The notes beneath the pieces were generated by a model. It was not told where the DNA came from. It ran no database searches and worked only from the letters and a program-made list of their open reading frames with translations. DNA of 64,000 nucleotides from a virus (taxonomy: Duplodnaviria; Caudoviricetes). Position 1 is the stretch's first letter. Each line of letters opens with the position of its first letter. Location of the stretch: positions 1,602 through 65,601 of IMG/VR virus record IMGVR_UViG_3300021387_001128. The stretch is one strand, 5' to 3'. The translations under genes and the position numbers were made by a program. Shown here in pieces: positions 59,558 through 64,000 of the stretch.

Positions 59558-60448
59558 TTACTGGCCGCCGAGATCAAGAGCTTCTACGATATATCTGAAC
59601 TCTTCGATCGTTTTGTCGACGTCATCTTTGGGCCATTCGATTTTCCTTTGCATCGGGTGGCCGTTTGTTTCACAATAAAATGAGATTTCAGACCAGCTCC
59701 CAATCCCGCCCTTGTCTCCTGCTTTGCGTTTGCTCGCGGAGAAGTTGCCGGATTTGGAAAGCAGATCGAAGAGCGTCATCGCATCCTTAACATCCGCAAG
59801 CGTTGCTTGCCCGGCCGCATACTTATCTTGTACGCGGTCGCAGATTAAGGATTGCTTCGCAAGCTTCTTTGCGGTGTCCCGAAGGTTAACGTCGCTGAGC
59901 TCGAAGTCGTTCTCAAGCTGGTTATAATAGTCTTCAAGATACTTCAGCTCTTCTGGTTTAAAGTAACCGTTGAAGAACTCTGAATACTCTTTGACGTTCG
60001 GGTCCTTCTCTTCGATAATCTGTCCGTTCTCTTTGGCTTCCTGATAGCTTTGTGTGTTGATATCGTTGGTGTGATCTTCGAACTTATAGTTGAGCTGCAT
60101 GCTTTTTAAAACATACTGGCAGGTCAACCTGTCTAAGATCAGTTTCCGTCTCTCTTCTGTTGTGTTAACGTAAACTTTCTTTTTGTTGGCTTCCAGCTCA
60201 GCCTTCTTCTGGGAGTTTTCCCACAGCCGCTCGTTCCATTCCCGGCAGTTTTCCCAGAAGTATTCTCTGAGTTCGTCCTTTGTGGAACATTTGATAGCGC
60301 AGGATTTACACCACACGTCCTTGCCGAGCTGATCGGTCCAGTCCCGGTTGGAGTAGAACTCCGAAACAGGCCGGGTCTGTTTGCACTTAGCGCAGATCTT
60401 TGTTGTGGGCGGAGCGGCATTGCGAAGCTTTGCTGTTTTAACAGGCAT
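59558..60448 (-). CDS. Zn-finger protein, candidate terminase small subunit
   Basis: CAKC...CKSC N-terminal zinc finger; immediately upstream of TerL; helical C-terminal half. Confidence 0.5.
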   Translation of the reverse strand: MPVKTAKLRNAAPPTTKICAKCKQTRPVSEFYSNRDWTDQLGKDVWCKSCAIKCSTKDELREYFWENCREWNERLWENSQKKAELEANKKKVYVNTTEERRKLILDRLTCQYVLKSMQLNYKFEDHTNDINTQSYQEAKENGQIIEEKDPNVKEYSEFFNGYFKPEELKYLEDYYNQLENDFELSDVNLRDTAKKLAKQSLICDRVQDKYAAGQATLADVKDAMTLFDLLSKSGNFSASKRKAGDKGGIGSWSEISFYCETNGHPMQRKIEWPKDDVDKTIEEFRYIVEALDLGGQ

Positions 60449-60852
60449 TACTCAGTATCGTCCTGGGTAACGGCTTCAGCCGGGATCTCCTGTTTAGCCG
60501 CAGTTTCAACTTTAGATTCAGCCGCGACTTCAACTGCAGGTTCAGCTTTGTTCTCCGCCTTCTTGTCTTTGCGCATAGGTACAACCTTTTTTTCGTTAAC
60601 ACGCTTCTCCGCTTCGAGCATGCTGTAGAACTCCACCAGCGCTGCAAACAAAGCGGGAGTCTTTTCATACTTGTACTGCGAGATTCCGTAATCCCTTGTC
60701 TTTTTAACAAAGGTGTACTGAATCCCTTTTGATGCAAGGAACTGCACTTCACGGTATCTTTCTGTCTGATACTCCATGTCGAACGCCTTGTTCGGCAGTT
60801 GCCTTCTCTCTCCCTTTTCAATGCGAACAACGTTTGGCTTTTTGTTTTCCAT
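60448..60852 (-). CDS. Hypothetical protein, first gene of the late region
   Basis: AAGGAG RBS before MENKKPN; YKY.KT..LF.AL..FY motif; Ala/Glu/Lys-rich tail. Confidence 0.65.
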   Translation of the reverse strand: MENKKPNVVRIEKGERRQLPNKAFDMEYQTERYREVQFLASKGIQYTFVKKTRDYGISQYKYEKTPALFAALVEFYSMLEAEKRVNEKKVVPMRKDKKAENKAEPAVEVAAESKVETAAKQEIPAEAVTQDDTE

Positions 60853-61278
60853 GTAATCTCTCCTTCTTAACACGAACAATAAAAAATGAATCCAGCAGAT
60901 TGTTCGGTAAATGATTTTAAGGATCTGCTGCTCCTTGCTTTGAAGAGACTCGTTGCAAACGGTCTCTCCCCTTTACATTGATTTTCGAATGACCCGCGAG
61001 TTTTATTCGTGATTTTTATAACAATACTGAAAAACGTTATATAAAATGAGCCGTGAGATTTGCGTGCGGAAGCGACGAGACCTTAAAATACCCCCTGTTT
61101 TTAGTGGGTATGGGTAAAACTTTTCAGCGTAAAATTTACTTGTGGGTTTCCTATATTTTACAGAGAACCAACAAGGAGAATAGCTATACATTTTTGTTGA
61201 GTAGATATAGAGAATGTATAACTGTCTGTGATTCACGCGGTTACTGCGGAAAATAAAAATAGCCCCATACTTTCCCTA

Positions 61279-61420
61279 TAGAGATATAGGAGAAGTATAG
61301 GGTTGAGTTTATGTGAGTGAGGATGGGTGAGGTGGCATGAGGAGGAGAGGATGTAAGGAGGTGGGTTTGAGTTGGAAGAGAGGAGAGGAATTTGAATTTG
61401 AAGGAGGACTTGGAAGAGAA
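61279..61420. other. Purine-rich, almost C-free tract at the strand-switch point
   Basis: About 140 nt on the plus strand with only 2 C residues; GAGGA/GGAGAGG-type short repeats. Confidence 0.7.
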
Positions 61421-61477
61421 CAAAACCCATTTATGAAAAAAATCAAAAAAACATTTTAGCGTAAATTCACGATATTA

Positions 61478-61718
61478 AACAGGACGCCCACAACACACAT
61501 GGACGTCCTGTTTAGTACCCTGAAAGGAGGTGCAGCCAATAAAAGATTGGGAACGTGCCGTGATAGCGGTGCTCGGACTCATTCTAACTTTGGTTCTGCA
61601 GTGTCTGCTGGCTTTTGCGGTCAAGTAGCCTGCGGGCAGGGGCGCATAACCGGCGCCCCTGTGCACCTCTCTTACGTTTTGATGATACCAAATCGCTTTG
61701 AGTATTGTCAATAAAACG
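61478..61718 (+). ncRNA. Candidate multi-branched structured RNA
   Basis: AACAGGACG/CGTCCTGTT, GAGGTGCA(61527)/TGCACCTC(61662) enclosing CAGGGGCGC/GCGCCCCTG, and CGTTTT-GATGATAC/GTATTGTC-AAAACG; flanked by ATTTATGAAAAA direct repeats. Confidence 0.4.
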
Positions 61719-61778
61719 ATTTATGAAAAATAAACAGACAACAGTGCTGTTTATTAATAAATTTTAAGGAGGTATCCC

Positions 61779-61931
61779 ATGTACCAGAGCCCTTATTACG
61801 TAGGAGAGATTGAGTTTTCCTACATCAGCGACGCTGCCCAGTATTGGGCAGACTGTCCGAATGCCGTCGTTACTGATTCAAACGGTGACGAAGTGCCATC
61901 TGAGGACCTTGAATCGATCCTCGGGTGGTAG
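61779..61931 (+). CDS. 50-aa acidic hypothetical protein (not in ORF track)
   Basis: AAGGAGGT RBS; MYQSPYYVGEIEFSYISDAAQYWADCPNAVVTDSNGDEVPSEDLESILGW. Confidence 0.7.
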   Translation: MYQSPYYVGEIEFSYISDAAQYWADCPNAVVTDSNGDEVPSEDLESILGW

Positions 61932-61993
61932 TCCGCCTGACGAGGCCGGGTGGTTCCCGGCCGAAACGAACGTCGTGAGACGTGCGTAGCGGA
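61932..61993 (+). ncRNA. Hammerhead ribozyme, type I
   Basis: Stem I TCCGC/GCGGA; core CTGACGA; stem II GGCCGGG-TGGTT-CCCGGCC; GAAA; stem III CG-A-ACGTC-GTGA-GACGT-G-CG; GUA triplet, predicted cut after 61988. Confidence 0.88.
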
Positions 61994-62043
61994 AAACCGC
62001 AAAATTAAATAAGGAGCATAGCTCCAGGAAAGGAGGCACTCTC

Positions 62044-62139
62044 ATGGGAGTGTCGTTTGTTGTTTGGTTCCCCACGTTGGTTATATTCGTCGCTACCTGG
62101 GAAAGTCTCAGGTATTTAATTAACAAACATGGATTCTAA
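62044..62139 (+). CDS. 31-aa single-TM peptide (not in ORF track)
   Basis: AAAGGAGG RBS; MGVSFVVWFPTLVIFVATWESLRYLINKHGF. Confidence 0.65.
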   Translation: MGVSFVVWFPTLVIFVATWESLRYLINKHGF

Positions 62140-62141
62140 AC

Positions 62142-62201
62142 TCCCGAAACAGGCTTCGGCCTGTCGTCGCAGTGGTGGCTCCCTGCGGCCTGACGATGGG
62201 A
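62142..62201 (+). ncRNA. Hammerhead ribozyme, type II, with one extra nucleotide after A9
   Basis: TCCC GAAA, stem III CAGGC-TTCG-GCCTG, GUC triplet (cut after 62165), stem I GTCGCAG/CTGCGGC, core CTGACGA, extra T, then GGGA closing a short stem II. Confidence 0.75.
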
Positions 62202-62235
62202 AGCTGTCGCGGAACAAGCTAGGAGGTTGTTTGTT

Positions 62236-62442
62236 ATGGCTAAGAAGGTAAAGAAGTTCGATATCCTCGCAAATACTCATTGGTTCGCTGGTTGGAGGTA
62301 TTGCGTCAGCACCTCGACCAGTTTAATTAGCACAAGCTGGATCGAGCACTTCTTTGTAACCAAAGAAGCAGCTTACTCTTTTGCTGCTGAAGCTGAGCGT
62401 CAGGGATATGTATACCTGATCGCAACACCTGAAACCTACTAA
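62236..62442 (+). CDS. 68-aa hypothetical protein
   Basis: AGGAGG RBS before ATG 62236 (MAKKVKKFD...). Confidence 0.7.
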   Translation: MAKKVKKFDILANTHWFAGWRYCVSTSTSLISTSWIEHFFVTKEAAYSFAAEAERQGYVYLIATPETY

Positions 62443-62675
62443 AGTTTGAGGACAGGAGATCCACTGGGTCTCCTGAGTTCAGGCTTTGGTCTGCGGGTTA
62501 CAGATGGACGTTAAGCATCTGAGGGCATGCCGCTGCCCACATCTCGTATGGCACTTACCCAGCGAGAAGCGGTCTTTAATGCTCTACGGAGCAAGGTGTC
62601 AGTAAACACCGCACCGCAATCCCCAGCGGCAACATCGCAGGGAGTCCTGCTAATAAAAACATTGGAGGTAGCCCC

Positions 62676-64000
62676 ATGAAGAATATTATCCGTATTGATC
62701 TCGTCCGTAACACTACTGAGGAAATTGGTATCTTTGATAGCGAGATTACTCGCTGGTTCGACGAGCAGGGTCGTGACGTCGCTTACGACCTGATTAAAGT
62801 TAAGGCCGAAGTTCCCTCCGGCCGTAACGAGTCCGAAGAGATGGACCGTGTAAACTGTGAGCTGACCCGCTACGCCAATCGCGGGTATCAGCTCCCCGTC
62901 CCACACAAACTTGCTGGTGTCACTTATGTTCCGCTGTTTGCGGCGGCGTCTGATGTTCGCAAAGCAACCTCTACTTGGATTAACAAGGAGGTTGCTGAAA
63001 AGTTCTGGAAGTGGGCCATGTGCGGTCTGACTCTTCAGGACGTTAGTGGCAAAATCGCCATTAACAAGTATATGGCCTATATCGGGCTGCTTGCTTCTGC
63101 GAGCAAGCGGTTCGAAGAAGTCTTCGGCCGCACTATCGACATCCGCCGTGTAGCGGTTGTTAAGGACCGCTACGTCAAAGTCATCGGCAACGTTGACTTT
63201 GTTGAAGGTGTCGAAGTCGAGCATAACACCGAGAGGGAACTTGAGATCAACGCGTTCGATGGGTTTGCCATCATTCGCGAAGAGCTCACCGATGGTGAGT
63301 CCTGCTCTCTCCGTCCAGGTCCCTGGGGCAAAGCGTTTGCCCAGGCCACGAACTTCACTGGGCTTCCGGCCAAGTTTGTTGACTTCTGGGGTCGCGAAGT
63401 CCGTACCCAGGACGTCGACATCATTATGTTCGAAAGCTGCTTCAAAGCTGCGAAGCTCTATAAGAGCTGGGAACAGTATTGTGAAGCGTTCGAGCAGCTT
63501 GGACACCACATCTGTGCTTGTGTTCGTGAACACGAGCCCAAGCTGAAGGGCATGCCCTATCAGCAGACCCAGACCTTGTTGGGCGACGATGGAGATGTTG
63601 CTTTGTTCGCAGAGCATAGTGCCGCCACCGTCTCCAAGTATACCGAAATCAAGAACGCCGTTGGTCTGCTGTCTAAATGGCAGAAGGCCGCTGCGAAGGT
63701 CTACAATCCGCTTCTTAAAGAAGCTCATACTGCCCGGTCCATCCAGGATAAGTATGCTTCTAAGAAGCAGGACATGCTCGGTGGTCGTATTCCCGAGCTG
63801 GGTTACAACGCCTTCATCGCTCCGGATATGGTGGCTGTGATTCAGGGAATCTTCGGCTACGAGATCACCGGTGTTCTCAAAGCCGGAGAATGTCATTGCT
63901 CCAACTGCGAAATGGGTGAAGTCGACATCACCCGTAATCCGCACCTGGATAACGCCCACGTTGTGCTCAACAACGTGGAACGTATGCCTTTTGTTTCCAA
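62676..64000 (+). CDS. Free-standing YonO/QDE-1-like two-barrel RNA polymerase (partial, runs off right end; not in ORF track)
   Basis: GGAGGT RBS, ATG 62676, open to the window end (441 codons). Motifs KYMAYIGLLAS, NAFDGFAII (D195), R213-PGPWGK219, DITRNPHL (R420). The DxDGD loop is expected just past the end. Confidence 0.8.
   Translation, partial: MKNIIRIDLVRNTTEEIGIFDSEITRWFDEQGRDVAYDLIKVKAEVPSGRNESEEMDRVNCELTRYANRGYQLPVPHKLAGVTYVPLFAAASDVRKATSTWINKEVAEKFWKWAMCGLTLQDVSGKIAINKYMAYIGLLASASKRFEEVFGRTIDIRRVAVVKDRYVKVIGNVDFVEGVEVEHNTERELEINAFDGFAIIREELTDGESCSLRPGPWGKAFAQATNFTGLPAKFVDFWGREVRTQDVDIIMFESCFKAAKLYKSWEQYCEAFEQLGHHICACVREHEPKLKGMPYQQTQTLLGDDGDVALFAEHSAATVSKYTEIKNAVGLLSKWQKAAAKVYNPLLKEAHTARSIQDKYASKKQDMLGGRIPELGYNAFIAPDMVAVIQGIFGYEITGVLKAGECHCSNCEMGEVDITRNPHLDNAHVVLNNVERMPFVS

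Larger units (their letters stand above)
1..64000. mobile_element. Segment of a large tailed phage (or prophage) genome, SPbeta-like head module, siphovirus-type tail
   Basis: Contiguous terminase-portal-scaffold-capsid-neck-tail-tape measure-Dit-tail-lysis genes on the minus strand, plus a YonO-like RNAP gene. No host housekeeping genes, integrase or att site seen in the window. Confidence 0.95.

Noticed and set aside
61003-61236. 77-aa minus-strand ORF and overlapping short ORFs at 61053-61430
   Set aside because: No convincing RBS, low-complexity composition; probably noncoding control region.
61560-61670. Twister or twister-sister ribozyme (GCGGTCAAGTAGCCTGC resembles a twister P4)
   Set aside because: Loop length and bases differ, and the required UAA cleavage strand and pseudoknots could not be placed.
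61675-61718. TTGATGA as a third hammerhead core
   Set aside because: No C3 and no GAAA partner; the segment is explained by a simple hairpin.
62511-63959. 482-aa minus-strand ORF in the track
   Set aside because: Antisense shadow of the plus-strand RNAP gene, which has an RBS, biased codons and family motifs; the shadow has none.
1-64000. DGR reverse transcriptase/template repeat, CRISPR array, integrase, att sites, introns or inteins
   Set aside because: No YxDD-type RT ORF, AAC-rich copy of the variable regions, regularly spaced repeats, recombinase motifs or intein Cys/His-Asn boundaries were recognised in the window.

Overview
The whole window is a segment of a large tailed-phage genome, with SPbeta-like (yon/yom-type) head gene order and a siphovirus-type tail. 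The host is probably a Firmicute (inference). From about 60.9 kb leftwards, one minus-strand late region runs: putative TerS, TerL, portal, tRNA-Asn, prohead protease/scaffold, capsid decoration, major capsid, neck genes, major tail protein, tail chaperones with a -1 slippery site, a 5174-aa tape measure protein, Dit, a 2392-aa tail protein, an adhesin block (CotH-like, LRR, DUF6273-like), a lysis cassette and collagen-headed fibre genes. From about 61.5 kb a divergent plus-strand region carries small ORFs, two hammerhead ribozymes and the 5' part of a YonO/QDE-1-like two-barrel RNA polymerase that runs off the window end. The main finding is that the N-terminal part of the tape measure protein carries an ordered set of YonO/QDE-1-type polymerase motifs, including a DFDGD metal-binding loop. 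The phage therefore appears to encode two such polymerases, one fused to an ejected tail protein and one free-standing. All family assignments come from motif recognition by eye; no database searches were run.
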